Source: Adineta ricciae
Lineage: Eukaryota
Direction of reading: 5' to 3'
Assembly (NCBI GenBank): GCA_905250025.1
Contig: CAJNOJ010000062.1
Span: 301,974 to 365,973 of the forward strand
DNA: 64,000 nucleotides
The notes under the pieces are model-generated. The model did no database searches and was not told the DNA's origin. It was given only the letters and a program-made list of their open reading frames with translations. The position numbers and the translations under genes were made by a program. Every line of letters begins with the position of its first letter. Within the stretch, counting starts at the first letter, position 1. Below, piece after piece: positions 12,040-26,232 of this stretch.

Positions 12040-14348
12040 CTATTTTCTTGTTCGTTTCGATAGTTTCTCGATTTCTTTGCTCAACGTATCCACATTTTCT
12101 TTCAATGTAATATTTTTCAAAAGTGTATCTTCTAAAACCGACTGTAATTTCCCCATGATATCCAATGATGTTTCCAACGTCATCGGTGCTGACTGATCAA
12201 AGATTTTGTTTGCTGTTGAGCTGCTACCGGTTGCTGCTGTCGTTGTCGCACGATTGTATAACGTTGCCATCAATGATGTGGATGTTGAATTCGTTCGAGT
12301 TTTATTTGCTAATTGTTGTTTGGCTAGATCGGATTCATTCGACGTATACATAAAACCGTCAGCATTCATTGCATAGGCTTGTATAATCTTGCGTTTGTTT
12401 TGCAGATCTTGGGTGAGTAATTGAATATGATCATTGAGAAATTCGATTTTTTCATTGCGTCGTACGAGTAGTTTTTGTTGTTTTAGTAGTTTGTCAATTA
12501 ACTTTTGACGATCGATATCAACGATACTGACCACGACTTCTTGTTCATCATCGGCAGGAACTAATTGTTGGTGTTGTTGTTGCTGATGATGATGATGATT
12601 ATTATTATTATTAGCAGAAGAAGTGACAGAGGGTTGATCAGATGTTGAAATGAGCACAGGCGGCGTCATATCGTTTAGTGAACTATAGGAGCCTGTCGGA
12701 GATCCACGGCCTGATGAATGATCACCGAGATTCTCTTTAACTGGAATGTTTCTTGTTTGACTAAATGATTCGAATGCAAAATTAATTCAAACATCGTTTG
12801 AGTCGTTTCTTGAAAATACTCACCTAGTTTGCAATGCAGGTGATGATGCATCATCATGAGCTGTAGCTTTCGTTTTCTGTAATTGTTGCAATTGTTTGAT
12901 TAAATCTTTCGTATTTGCTTGATGTTTCTTCTTCAACGTTTGTATTTCAATTAAACTATCATCGTATTTTTTGACAATCTCTTCATGTGATTTGCTTAAA
13001 CTTCCAAATATCTCTTCTAAGTCTTTTAACTGATCTCGTAAAGCCGTTTCCGTAGTTTCCAATTGTGCGATTCGACTGTGTTGCTCCTCATTGAGTTTCT
13101 TGAGACTATCATGATGTTCACTAATCTTTTTATGGACTATTTCAAGTTGCTCGTAATTAGTTTGTAGAACGGAATTTTTCTCAGTTAATTTTTGAGTTAA
13201 TTCCAGATGTTGATGTTCTTTCTCGAGCAATTGTCTTAAATCAGCATTATCTGCTAGAGTTTGATTGTGAAGATTTTCGATTTGTTTTAAACGAGAGATT
13301 TCAATCGAGTCTTGTTCACGTGCTGCTAACAGATCATCGTACAATTTCTTGTTGGTTTCTTTGTCACGAACGGCATTTAGACGGAAATTTTCAATGACAT
13401 TCTCTAACGCTAAATGATCTTCAGTCGCTGACTTGAGTTTCTCGAGAAATCGATTATTTTCCTCTTGGACAACAGCTAACTGGGACTTCAGTGCATTGTG
13501 TTCGTTAAGTAACGTATCGAATGCTTGTGTACGTTCATCGTCAGTGGGAACGGCTTGAACAGCTAAATGGAATAGGTTGAAGTGATGAAAACGATTAGTA
13601 TGAAAGGTTTACTTTCAGTTAGTTGTTTGCATTGTGAATTGAGTTGCTCGTTAATTTCGCGTTGTTCGTTCAGATCTCTTTTTAGACGTTCATTCAATTC
13701 TCGTTGTTCTCTTAATTGTTGAGATTCTCCTTTCAAGTGATTTAACGTTGATTTTAACGTCGCATCGATGGATTGATTCAATTCTTTAACTTTTTCCAGT
13801 TCTTTTCTCGTTGTATTTAACTCTGCTGCTTTATTATCATACGCTTGTTGTAATTTCGTATTCATCAATTTAAATTCCGATAATTTCATCTGTAAATTCT
13901 CTTTTTCTTTAGTTAAATCAGCATTTTTCGCTAATAATGTGTCACAACGTTTATCCGAATCTAATTTAGCTTTTTCGGCTTGGGCATAACGCATAACAGT
14001 CGATTGTTTCTCGCGCGAATAATCGTCTTTTTGACGAGCTAATATCGTTTCGTAATGTTGTTGGCAAGCAACTAAACGTGCGTTGAGTTCAGCAATCTCA
14101 CTGCTTTGATTGGCAACAGTTGTTGTCAGATTGGCAATTTTAATTTCATCTTCACTTATCAAAGGTTCAGACGGAACAGTTTCTAAATACAAAATCAGTC
14201 ATATTGCTGCACAAACGAAAGAAAATATTTTACCAGTCGCTTCGGTCTCTTGAGTATTGTGTATTGGTTCATTCTCAGTTGGATTATCTCCGACATCAAC
14301 TGACGGTTTTTCACCGACCGTATCATTTGAATGATCACTTGCATCCAT
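12040..14348 (-). CDS. Long coiled-coil protein of about 730 aa, 4 coding exons, with His/Gln-rich and Ser/Thr-rich C-terminal region
   Basis: Exons 14348..about 14236 (MDASDHSNDTVGEKPSVD..., donor GTAAAA), about 14192..13578 (ETVPSEPLISEDEIK... heptad-rich), about 13565..12822 (AVQAVPTDDERTQAF...KATAHDDASSPALQT, donor GTGAGT) and 12757..12040 (SQTRNIPVKENLGDHSSGRGSP...HHHHQQQQHQQ..., stop). Splice phases checked at each junction. No specific family recognised. Confidence 0.7.
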
Positions 14349-14717
14349 GAGATCTAATCTTCAATGAGATCAGATGAAATTCATCTAGAAAGAATTCCAC
14401 ATAGCAAATGATGCTTGTCTGTTTATGTCTCTCTTCACTCGATGCACAAGACCCAACAACAAAAATAAACAAAAAAGAAAAGAATATATTGTTCTCTTCG
14501 TCAAAGACATATAAAAAGAAAGAAAAAGAAAAAGAAAATAGTTAGTAGCCGTATGTATATATATTTCGAAACAAAAGAATAGATTGATTAATTTGACAGT
14601 CTGTTTTCATCTTGCTTCGCTGTAGAATTATGTACACAGAAAGCGACAAAATAAAGTTCACGAGTAACAATGCGACTAGAGTCCGGAAAATGACAAAATA
14701 AAGAAAGACAGTGCAGA

Positions 14718-16454
14718 TTATTTTCCATACAATTGGGCAAGAAAATCGCCAAGACTGATGAATGTCGTCGGATCTGTTCGTTGAGTATGATTCCATATGT
14801 AGATAGCTAAGCCACTTATAGTTAACGTCACGCCCCAAAGAACTATACGTGGTAGAGGAGTAGGCTGTTCGTTATGATCGATTGTGTCCGAGGTTTTCCC
14901 TTCATCATTATCAGTTGGAGAAGAATCTGTGCCGTATCGTCTGCGAAGAATAGTCTCCATTGAAGGATTGTCGATTGATTCACTAAGAAGAAGAACAAGT
15001 AAATAGAACAATTTTTCTTGAAACATGTAAGTGAAATTCTGTGTACCATTTTCTTCTCCATTCGTCATTTAGTACATCGAGCGTATCTGGATGATGGTTT
15101 CGAAATAACTGCAGAGATCGTTTGATAATCTCTTCCCAATGACTGACCGCTAAATCACTGGGTAAACGTGTTAAGTATGGATGTAATGATGCCATATCAC
15201 AATCAATGGATAAAACTTGTTTCGAATGAAAATTAACGACCTAATCAGTAAATATATGATCAATTAGTTCTTCCTATGGAAGAAACGAAAAAAATCAATT
15301 ACTTCAGCAGCAACATAAATTGGCATGAGAAAATGTGAAACAATGAAGAGATCGTATAGTCGAAGGATTGTATCAAGATTATCTAACACATGTGAATACC
15401 ATGTGATGAACCATGATAATGCAAACATGACATTTCCAACACCGCCTCTGTAGTTATATATCAAAGGAATACAACAGATCTAATCTTGGAATGGTTTCTA
15501 CCTTTGCATATATTCCGCACATTCACTATTGATACAGTTGATAAGTGGCATTAGATAAGAAAGTAAATCACAAGTTTTCTTCATCGTTGGCTCCATAAAA
15601 TCTCTATAAAAAACATCGGAAAATGCTCGTGTTTAGATTGGAGAAAGATACTCACTTGAAATGCGACTTTGTTATTGTATCAATAAATGGAAGACATAGA
15701 TCTGCACCCAGCACAAGTAAAAAACTCAAACAGATATCATGATAACCCTGGAAAGGTAGGAGAACGTTGGTTTTCATTCTACATTCGTCAGCAATTTACC
15801 TGATAATAGTTTAGATAGTCATGTTTAATTAACATTTTAACAATAATAACAATCAACTCTTCTTGCAATTCAATTCGATCCGATTCGGAATAATCTGTAG
15901 AAGAGACAATCATGGAAAATTTCTTTAGAAGATAGTTTCGTACTTGGCGGAAATCGTTTGAGCGTTCTTTCAACATCCATTCGGACTTGACCATAGTATC
16001 TATGTGATTCAATTTGATTTTTATCTAAATAGATCATTGAGTAAACGAATAGATTCGAAAAACGGAAGAAGAATGTACCTGCGGCATAATAATCAATCGG
16101 ACACGAATATTTTCTATTTACTTGATCAAATTCTACTGGACAATATGTTGGAAAATGGATTAATAAAGGCCAAATCTGTTGCCGATATGATTCTGATATC
16201 AGTCCATTCATTTTGGCGTACTTTTGTAGTTTTTCAATGTTGTTTTTAACGAGATACTTCTCAATTCGATCGATTTTTGTTTTCGTAACGACTAAAAAGT
16301 TTTCATCATCACTCAACGATAATGATCCATTGGTTGTTATGGATGACGAAATTAATTCCGAATGTGCATCTTCCATCACTGCTGAATCATGATCCGAATC
16401 CGAATCCGAGCTGTTCTCATCCAGATAATGATATTCATCAATAGTCCCCATCAT
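14718..16454 (-). CDS. TBC1D20: TBC-domain Rab GTPase-activating protein, TBC1D20-like, with C-terminal transmembrane segment
   Basis: ATG at 16454 (MMGTIDEYHYLDENSSDSDSD...). TBC motifs YRQQIWPLLI (RxxxW), QVRMDVERTLKRFPP (IxxDxxR arginine-finger region) and YLNYYQ|GYHDICLSFLLVLG across an intron (YxQ motif, as in TBC1D20 YYQGYHDI). Further exons at 15264-15464, 14983-15195 and a C-terminal hydrophobic exon WGVTLTISGLAIYIW (14718-15068). Confidence 0.75.
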
Positions 16455-16623
16455 AAGAGAAACAAAATGAAACTAAGATATTATCTTATGAATTCAACCG
16501 TAGGAACATATGTGGCAATCGGTAATGATGAATAGTTTGTTGTTTTCTTCTTTCTAAATAACGAATTTGTTGCATTTAGGAGCCACTAGTTATGCAAGAA
16601 AGAAAGAGAATGTAGCTCGCTCT

Positions 16624-19600
16624 ATGTTGTTGTCATTGTGGAACAAGGTAGCCAATAGAATCAATTGTAAGTCAAACAAAACGAGATTTTCATTTTGTTT
16701 CATGAATGGATCTTCGATGATTGCTAAAAAATTTTATCTTATCGGTGGACTATGTCTGATTTGGGGAATATTCGGTGTCGAGAGAACGATTTATTGGTTA
16801 TTTCTATTCCTAACAATCGTTTTTGGGTTGGTTCTTGTTTGATTTCTTCTGAAACTATTTGACTCATCTTTAGTTTCATTCTGCATTTGATTATTCACAA
16901 ACAAACATGGGCGAAATCCAATTCACTCTATGAACATATTAGAATATCATTTGTCAAAGCAAAACTACTTACACACGTAAGAAAAACACGAAATGATCGG
17001 GCAAGTGTATCATTAATAATGAGTTTTGTTGTTGTAGATTACTGATATCGAATTCGATTCATTATCACGTTCCAAACCATCGAAGACATTAAATGATCGT
17101 GCATCATTAACAGGAGTATCTGATATTGATGAGCCACTCTATGAAGTAAATGGAGCTCTCGGAGACGAATAATTGAATTTTTGATTATGGTTTTCTAGTT
17201 AATCGATTTGTTTGTTCGTGATTATGTTGAAATTTGGTACAAAACTCAATTAAGTTCAGATGAACTATTCGTTGAAGATGTCAAAAATGGCATTTACACG
17301 GCGATTCGTCATCTATCTGAAAGGTACTTTTCATATTTTCCATTCTCATCAATTGCACTACTTTCTTTTTGTATTAGATTGCGTGAAATCGATTGGTTAG
17401 AGTTTTGTACGGGAACAATCGTCGATAGTTTTGCTACGCATGTTCGACTGTATCGAAAAGCTAAAGAACGTATGCGTTTGGAACAATCGACAGACATTCG
17501 TTCGTGCTTCTTTGATTTGGAAGCAGAATACGAACGAGGAATTTGTCGCGATGATGTCTGTATGGATAAAGACAAAGAAAAAGGTTTGTGCACTAGTTTT
17601 CTCTCAACTTTGATCAAGAAAGACGTCCTCTACTAGAGTTTCTTCGAGATATCGTCGAAGTTCTTTTGTATATACTTCTTCCGGCGAATGAATTCCGTTG
17701 TGTACCAGCTCGAATTCTCATTCGAGTATGTTCAACGAATCGATCGAGTCACTTATGAATTAGATTTGTTTTCAATAGGAAATTGCAGTCAATCTAGGTT
17801 TAATACCATTCATTGATATGTATGCTGATCCTGACGCCGTCAATCAATTGATTATCAAAATGGTAGAATGAACAAGAAAAGAGAATTGTTTTACACAAGT
17901 TTCTATTTAGTGTCAACAAATTCCATTAACCATCGACAATTTCCTTCTAGTCGTTCGAACGACTGACTCCAGAATGGAATTAAGTACACTATTAGAAAGA
18001 CTTGATATTGAGACAAGCCGGTGGAGATCGAAAGACACCGGAGGAGAAAACGGTAATCGTTCTTTTTTTTTTCTTCTTCGTAATTCGATGTTTATCCAGA
18101 TGCCGACGTGCGAGCTGTACTAAATAGTTATCAATATCTGAAAAAATTACTCAACGAACGATTGGAAGATCAACTTCGATTGGAACCTATGATATTTGTT
18201 CGTGTTTTTGTTGTTGATGAATCTCATCGACGTACTTCGTGTTATTTATTATTCAGGATGATGATGATTCGGTATCAAAAGTATCTTATCGAGAATTGCC
18301 ATTGACAGAAATTCTAAACAATTGCAATGGCTTAGACTATTTTTTAAGTAAGTTCGATTTTAAATAAGATGACTTTTTAAAAATAAGACGTATTTATAGA
18401 ATTTCTGCAATCGATCGATGCTGTTGGGTATGGAAGTTTTTACTTGAATGCAGAAGTATGTCTAATTGGAATGAACAATTGTATTTTGATGGCATTTTTA
18501 GGCATTCCGATGTGCTGGGATAACAGCAGTTCAACAGAATGGAAATATGACTGAAGAACAACATCAATCAAATCAGGCAATCTTACGAAATATGGCAACT
18601 GATCTTATCGAACAATATTTTCTTCCGACTGTAAGTATCGTAAGTGAATTGCATAGCAAATTGAAAGTTTACGTCATTCAGGGTACATTCAAATTACCTA
18701 TGGATGAAAATCTCATTCAAAAAACACTGAAAGCTCTACAAGCACAAACAATCGATGAAACACTACTGGATGAACTACAAACAAAAGTATGGTCTTTACT
18801 TTTCTGTACATCGTCACTTCGATCACGGTCTTTCATAGGTTTTCGAAATTCTCTCATCTGATAAATACTATGGTCAGTTCAAAACGACATCACAATATTT
18901 GAAAGTTTTAAGCGAAATTGATTTCACCGACTCACTTGCTGATAATTCCGGTAAGATTTTCTCGCCATACAACTAATCAAAACCTATTCCGTCCATGTGA
19001 ATCTAGATGCTCTGTCATTATCGAGTAATAATAGTAATGAAATCTTGAATGACATCAATGAACCTCACCAATCAAGTCCAGGAAGTAGTTCGAGTAGTGC
19101 ATCAGCATACGTACCTGATCTGCTTGATAATGTTGACAACTATGTAATCACTACTGAAATCAATGATTCCGGTGAGATCGATGCTATTGATAGGATACGT
19201 AAGACGTGTGCTTTGTAGGTATATGTTGTGAAAAGGGTGAAAAATATGCAATCTATGTGATATCTGTGTCTTGTAAATCATTAAATCCGATGATGGATGA
19301 TCAAAAACGTGAATGGATAACATATCGTCGTTACAGTGAATTCAATGATCTCCATATGACAATTAAAAAACGTTATCCCGCTCTGCGTGAGTTTATTCAG
19401 TTACCTAATAAGAGCTTTATGAACAATACCAGTCAAGAAATACGATTGAAACGGCAAAAAGAATTGAATGATTATTTAGCTGTAAGTTCGATCGTTTATC
19501 TTTTTATTTAGAACTCTTTTAAACCTTCTTTCAATTGTAGACATTAACCAAACCGAAGGTTCTACACAATAATCCAGGCCTTGGCGAACTCTTGCTCAAA

Positions 19601-21056
19601 TTCTTGCGAAATCAGCAATGGAAGCACGAACAAACTGAATTATCTCGAAAGGTACGATTCTTTTCTCAACTGAACAAATGATTTTTCACAAAGAGCAAAC
19701 ATATCGACATTTCTTATAGGATTTTTTCACATCAACGGTTTGTTTTGTTTTCTCGTTCGTAGTTTAATCATCACGAGTAGTTCTGTGTGCACATATGTTT
19801 TAAGGATATTGTCTTCTTTCATTTTGCGTTCTTCAATATCATTTGTTTGATCATCTTGAATTGAATTATTTGCTTTTCGATTTTTGTACAGATGGACACA
19901 TTGGTCAATCCATTCAAACAAGCATCGATCGGCATCGTGAAAGGTGTTTCCAAAATCGGAGGTGGTCTAACTATCGTTTCGGATAGTGTCGTAGAAAATG
20001 CGAGCAAGATCTTTCGAACAAATGGAAATAATTCCAATCGAATAAATATTAATTTGAACAAAGATTCTCAAACATTTTCCATCGTTGAAGAAACTCAAGC
20101 AGAGGTAGGAGGAGAACGTTTGAGATTGTAGTTTTCATGCGTTATTGATGATACTAGAACGCAAAAAACATTCCGCTTCGTGTATTATTGGTGATTATGG
20201 ATGAAGTGTTCGATCTTAAACAGAAAAATATGTGGTTTCGCTCGAGATTTGTGGCGATTTTAAAACGATTTTTACGAGCGTTTATGGGTGATTCAGTCAA
20301 TCGGTGAGCTAATTTTTAAAAACACTCAGTCTCTTCATCGTTGCTCTTTGATATTAGACGTATAGCAACTTTTGTTCAACATTGGACATCGGCCAAGAAA
20401 ATTGCAAAGGAAATCTCTCGATTCATGTATGAAATCCATTTCAATCGATTCGATTTAACCAAGATTGTTTTCTAGAGAAGGATATTGGCCGAATGGTATT
20501 CTAGCTGATAAACCACCTAAACGTGATGACAGTGTTCGACATGTAACACAAGTATTATGTAAAGCCAAATTGCTTGGTATTGTTTCAGGTAGATTTTTGA
20601 TTCAATCTTTTATCCTATTCATGTTGTGCTTGGTTTCTAGACGAACTTCGGCACATTATTGGCAGCGAAACAACACGTCGTGGTTTATTGCGTTTGTTTG
20701 AATTACTACAAAATGAAACGTTCAATCGTCGATTCGTTTATATCGTGATCGAAGCTCTGTTGATCAAATTATTTCGACCGAATGATTTACATTTGATCTT
20801 CGAAAAACTTTACTCTCAATCCGAACGTGTTAAAGAAGAATACCGACGACGAATCTTCGAACAAGAACATTCTCACAATGGTATCATCATCACTCCAACA
20901 CATTATGGCGAAACTGGTCAACGACCTTACTACTTCAGTCGTCTATCAGTTCGAACCGATGATAATATTGGTTTACACAGATCCAATAGTGTATATCAAC
21001 AACAGCAACAACAAAAGACACTTCCTCGAAGTTTTTCGAAAATATCGCGCTAACTT
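16624..21056 (+). CDS. RGS-PX sorting nexin (SNX13/14/25-like): N-terminal TM helices, PXA, RGS-like, PX and C-terminal nexin (PXC) domains, many exons
   Basis: N-terminal hydrophobic exon at 16624-16842 (two TM stretches). PXA exon 17208-17335 (LIDLFVRDYVEIWYKTQLSSDELFVEDV). RGS-like exons around 18108-18300 and 18547-18650. PX domain at 19260-19485 (WITYRRYSEFNDLHMTIKKRYPALREF...IRLKRQKELNDYL). Nexin_C exons 19892-20100, 20465-20590 and 20688-21053 (stop). Start codon choice (16624 or 16705) uncertain. Confidence 0.7.
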
Positions 21057-22629
21057 CACCTTTTCTTTTTTTCTTCCGGTGATTTCATTTGCTTTCCTTT
21101 TCTCTTCTTCTCCGTCCACTTGAATGATCCCCACTCTGATTGCATACATACTTATACATATATGAATAATATTAATGATTCAAATTTTTTTGTAAATTGT
21201 CTGATAAATACTATTTTCTTTTCTCGCTATGTATATTTATTCTGGTATGTACTTCTGCGCGGCTTTTCTTCCTTAACCATAACAGTGTAATTTCGTAATG
21301 AGTTATTGCTTCTACCTCGAATACATACATGTATTATTCGTTTTCGGTATTTCGAACTAAATTGTATTTCTATGACATGAGACTTTCGTTTTATTTCTCG
21401 GTTTACTAACAGAAATATGCATAATAAATAAATCTACATATTACTAAACAATTTCTAACTGCAAATGAGCAGACCGATGAACATATGTTCAAAAACATAG
21501 TCAAACAGTCTTATGCAAGAAAATCATCAATCATTTCTAGCAACAATAACAAAATGTAGGATATAGTAACGAGCTGGAAGTGTATATCTACATAAGTGTC
21601 GCAATATTTTTTAGAGGATATAGATATTCGCCCCCCGTTCGTATCAATACTCCTACTCATTGGCAAAGATAAGCTGTCCTTGATGTTATTCAACATAGAA
21701 TGACAGTAGATGGTTTACATGAGAATCATCGTTTCAAATAAGAAAAATATGAAAAAGTAAAGTAAAATCATTTAGCGGACGATTACATATTTTCGATTTT
21801 AAACGATACAACTTTGTTGTCTTTCTATCTAAGGAAGTATCGAAGATAAACACCATTTACTCAGTAGAGTACAGTTTCATTGACATATACGGACGTTCCA
21901 TTCAAAGTTCTTTTCTTTCCTTTTCTTTAGCTACTGTTGTTATTATTTAGTCGTCTCTTATCTGGCCGTAAGGCGAGCAACTTTCCAATCAACATCGGAT
22001 ATAGCAGCAATGGCGTATTAACAAGAACGAGAAAAGAGAGGGAAAATAGAAGAAGAAGAAGAAGAAAATTGTCTCCGTATTTTTAGGATTGCAACAACGT
22101 ACAATATCCTCCTTCTCTTATGCGTTGTCGGTTGCTTTTTTTGTCTCTGGAATCCATGTTAGACGAGATCAGAGAAAGCGTTATTGCCTTTTTCTTCTTG
22201 TACAAGTTCTTTGGGATGTTCGAGCTTGTCTCTCGTTTTTTTTACCGAATCGAGTAATAGCAAAAGGAGACAGAAGATTTTCCCAAAACAACATCAAAAA
22301 GCTATCAGCGTTGTCTTCGTGATCATGCTGATATTTAATAAGAAAAACACACGAGGAAAAGACGAGAGAGAGCAACGGAGGTTTTCTCGAAAACAACAAG
22401 CTAGCATATGCAGAGGTTAAGAAGTCTTTCAAATGCGAGACAAAGAAAACTTCATACATAATTATATATACACAACTAATCAGTATTTGTATATAAATGT
22501 GTGATAATAATCATTGAGCAACTGTTCTTGCTCAATCAATCATTCATTTTCTTTTCTTTTGTTCGTTGGAGTCTATTACGTAGCAATTATAGCTCTGAAA
22601 CAATCTCATTGTAGAAATATCCTAATCGA

Positions 22630-23300
22630 ATTATCAGCAACGATGCGTTCATCCTACGATTCGTATCGTCATTCATCATTATCTTCGTTGCCGAACCGTA
22701 GCTACCGTCATACAACTCCATCGAATTACTTAGATTTAAATTCACAAGTTGGCGGCAGTGAACGAGCAGAATTTCACGATCGTTATCAAAATCGAGTAAG
22801 AAGAATCATTTCATCTGGATTTATGCTCATTTCTTATTTTCCTAATGTAGTATGCATGGCTCGAGAAGAACCATGTCAATGAAGTTGGTTCAACATATAA
22901 TTCGCTGGGTAAAAAAGTCGATCACAAGCCATCGGCATGGAGATGTGAAGATCAAGCCGAAGCTGGAAAGTAAAATGAAATTGTCGAGCGAATTGATCCG
23001 TAAATCTAATTGGTGTTTTTTCTTTCGAAGGGAATTTTTACGAATCAATGATGAATGTGCTGATAAAATTTATGATATTCGTGATCAGAGTGACATGAAT
23101 CGTGAATTTCTTCTCAATTCGGATGGTGTCGCACCAAGATTTTATAAAATGGAAGCTGATGCCGTACGTCAAAGTTAAAAAAAAACATCATTTCTTCTTT
23201 CATAAGTTTTCTTTTAGTTAAAAACTCGCTACGAATTGAACAATATGAAGCGTAAATTAGATGGTATTAAGCAATTACGCGCTCGATTATTCAAATGAAT
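22630..23300 (+). CDS. Uncharacterised small multi-exon gene (hypothetical)
   Basis: ORFs at 22514-22795 (MRSSYDSYRHSSLSSLPNRSYRH..., donor GTAAGA at about 22796), 22852-23178 and about 23215-23300, followed by AATAAA at about 23290. No recognised domain. Exon linkage unverified. Confidence 0.25.
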
Positions 23301-25187
23301 AAATACATTCTATTAGAAGAACAACAATATCAATAATTCATATTTTAGTTTATTTTCAAGTTGTATTTATCAATTCTGGTGACATACAAAAGCACAAAGC
23401 ATATTAACAATCGGAGATCGATTTAATATTTAATTTGTTCTTGGTTTTCTCATTTTTCTTTTCGTTGCTATCTACCTTCTTCTTTTTCACACCCTTTCTA
23501 CACAATGTTTCTCTTCAATAATCATAATCTAAGTAACGAATATCAGCAATGTTTTCGTTTTTTTCTTTGTAACACTTTTGAATGATATGATAACAACATA
23601 TATCGACTATTTGCGTATGCATATGGTCATTCAAATAAATATCCAAATTCAATCTATCATCATGAAACAGATTCGTCTTCACTAATGTCTAGATCGAAAA
23701 TAATTCAAACAACAAGAGTGATTGCAAACTCAGATTTATGCATTATTAATCAAGACAATGAATTTTCGGCTGTGGAATGATCGCTTTCTCAATGTACTAC
23801 CAAAGCGGATAATGTACGAGCTTGCTGTGAATGTTATGAGAAGTAAAGAATATTCGTTGTACGATCATATTGAACAATAGTAATAAGATGAAAATAAAGC
23901 GATCGTACATTAGCAGAAGTTCCATATCTATTGTGTTTGCAAGATGAGGAATGTTTCAGCTCTCAAGAAGAAAACTTGATTGCGCAGTAAACAAGTGTAG
24001 TAGCAAAGGATTTCATGAGAGTGTGTCTTAAAACGTATGTTCGTGAAACAAAATCATATGATAGAGTAGATCAAACCATTATCGGCGTCTCATCGTCGGG
24101 TGGAACAACAAGATCTTATGTTAAAAAGTCCGGTACAACGATTCATCAATCTTTCTTTGAAATTGCTGGAAAACAATTGGGTCTACAGGTTTCTGTCGGT
24201 GGTACATAAATTCATTTACCGAACGTTAAATGAATAGCAAAAATAGGCTTATTTACTTGGCATAGGGCGTTTTTCGAAACCGCACTATGTCACGCCGAGA
24301 ATAGATTTAGCTGAGAAGACGAATGATAAAACATATAGGTATAAATACCAACGTTGTTTAATTCATTTGAGTAGAAAATACTCGTCTTAAGTTATAAAAT
24401 ACATCCAGCATTCCAGATTTGATTTTTCAACGCAAGTACTATGCACTGACTTTATCCTGAATGAAAAAAAATGAGTAAAGATGTTCGGTAAAACCTAACA
24501 GACATATAGTCTGGACTATTTTGAGAAAATTCCTATTGAAAAACATAAGTCTATTATATCAAAGCATTTCATGTACATGTTAACATTGTATTCAATTGAA
24601 CTCAAGCAATAGATCTTCTTTCTTTGAATGAGTATCGAAGCTCACAAAGTGATGACTCATCACTTGTACGTCTTATGCCGAAAACAATCTTTTTCAACAA
24701 TTCATCATTAAACTCACAAGTTTTTGTATTTTTAATCGAATTTTACTCAACTATATATAAATGTTTTCCTTTCTTTTGGACGATGATGTCGCTAGTGTCG
24801 CTATAGGAAAAAAGCACAAAAGGCCTCTACACATAATGAATGTCAATGTAAACCATTATGGCTGTTGATCCTCAATATTTTATAAATGTAAAATGTGGAT
24901 AATGAAGTTGGATCAGCTGGAATTTCTTTTGTCAAAAGTTCGCCAATTGTAAAATATTGTTTATTCTTTTTAGATTCTGATTCTGAGGTCAAGTCTAATT
25001 AAAAGCTAAGAACATTGCTATTTTATTGTCTTATTCACATTTTGCAATTGAAATATTCAATCAAGATCAACATTTTGTCGTTAATTTTTCTTACAACACA
25101 TTTTTCATCTCTCTCTCTTCATTTTAATTTATTCAAATCTATTAAACTTAATCTCCCAAAATACATTCTTTTGTTCCTTCGAATCAA

Positions 25188-26232
25188 ATGGCAGCCGGCG
25201 CGCATATGGCTGCAACACAACAAGCAGCTGATGACCAAGCATCGTCACTTTATTTTTCTGGTATCTGTCAAACAATATCAGTTAAATGTCAACATAGAAA
25301 TGAAAATGGTTTATTAACATGTTCAAGAAATCTCTACGTTTCGTGTAAGTTTTATTTTCGTTTGCTTTACAATAATCACCTGTCATCGTATTATGTTGAA
25401 ATTTCAGGTCCACATTGTCATTTACTACTCTGTATTGATCATATTCACGAACATGAAAACTTACTACGATACGAAATTGAACAATTAATCAATGGTAAAA
25501 TGAACATCATGTTGTCTGTTTTCTGTGCTAATCTATGATTTTCTTCTGCTAATAGAAACAAATATTGTCAAAGCAAATATTCGTGCGTTGTTAACAACGT
25601 CTCAGCAACAACCATCGTCGACTACGGCGCAAGTGCTCGACGAAAAACAACGTACACTATGTGAATTACTTGAACGATGGGCTACAGTGGGAAAAATTTC
25701 TATGTCACAAGCCGCACTCATTCAACATCAATGTGGTTATATTAGTCAAACTACCCAACAGCAAGCAGCTACAGCTGCTTCGACTGCGGCCGCTGCTGCT
25801 GCTGCTGCAGCTGCACTTGCTGCTGGAACAACTAACCATCATGTTGCTCATCATACAGTTCCTGCACAGCAAAACGGCACTGGCACAACGAATCCAAATA
25901 AACTTCCATCACATCATCAGCAACATCATACAAATAGTGGTGGACATGCAAGTCATCATCAAAATAATTCACATCATCAAGATCGATCGTCACAACAATT
26001 AGCAGTCAATGTTGTGAAGAAACGACGAAGTGGGAAGAATAAAATTGTTACATTGTTGATGAAAAACGCCGAAGGAGAATACGAATGTGTAAGTTGTAAA
26101 AGATAAGAATATCTAATCTCGAATAATCATTTCTTTCTAGCCAAACGTTCAATGTCGGAAGTCTCTCAAATGTCAAGGAATCACGGCACACGTCAAAGCT
26201 TGCGCAGTCGATTGGTTGAAAGAAAACGGGCA
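25188..26232 (+). CDS. Low-complexity Gln/Ala/His-rich protein (possible nuclear/transcription-related), at least 3 exons
   Basis: ORFs at 25188-25340 and 25525-26106 (QQQ, AAAAAAAAA, HH runs, KKRRSGKNK basic patch, ...YECVSCK then donor gtaagt at 26089) and 26140-26232 (PNVQCRKSLKCQGITAHVKAC..., stop). No confident family assignment. Confidence 0.3.

Noticed and set aside
12165-12353. Many short ORFs in the six-frame track lying antisense to, or out of frame within, the assigned genes (e.g. 12165-12353, 16004-16249, 17309-17617, 30074-30515, 47899-48618, 49084-49350, 54757-54990, 60571-60783)
   Set aside because: They overlap well-supported exons on the other strand, have no domain content, and are of the size expected by chance in AT-rich DNA.
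22181-22459. Minus-strand ORFs 22181-22459 and plus ORFs 22089-22420 in the 21100-22500 gap
   Set aside because: These are low-complexity, mutually overlapping frames in an A/T-rich intergenic/UTR region, with no splice-consistent structure or domain signal.
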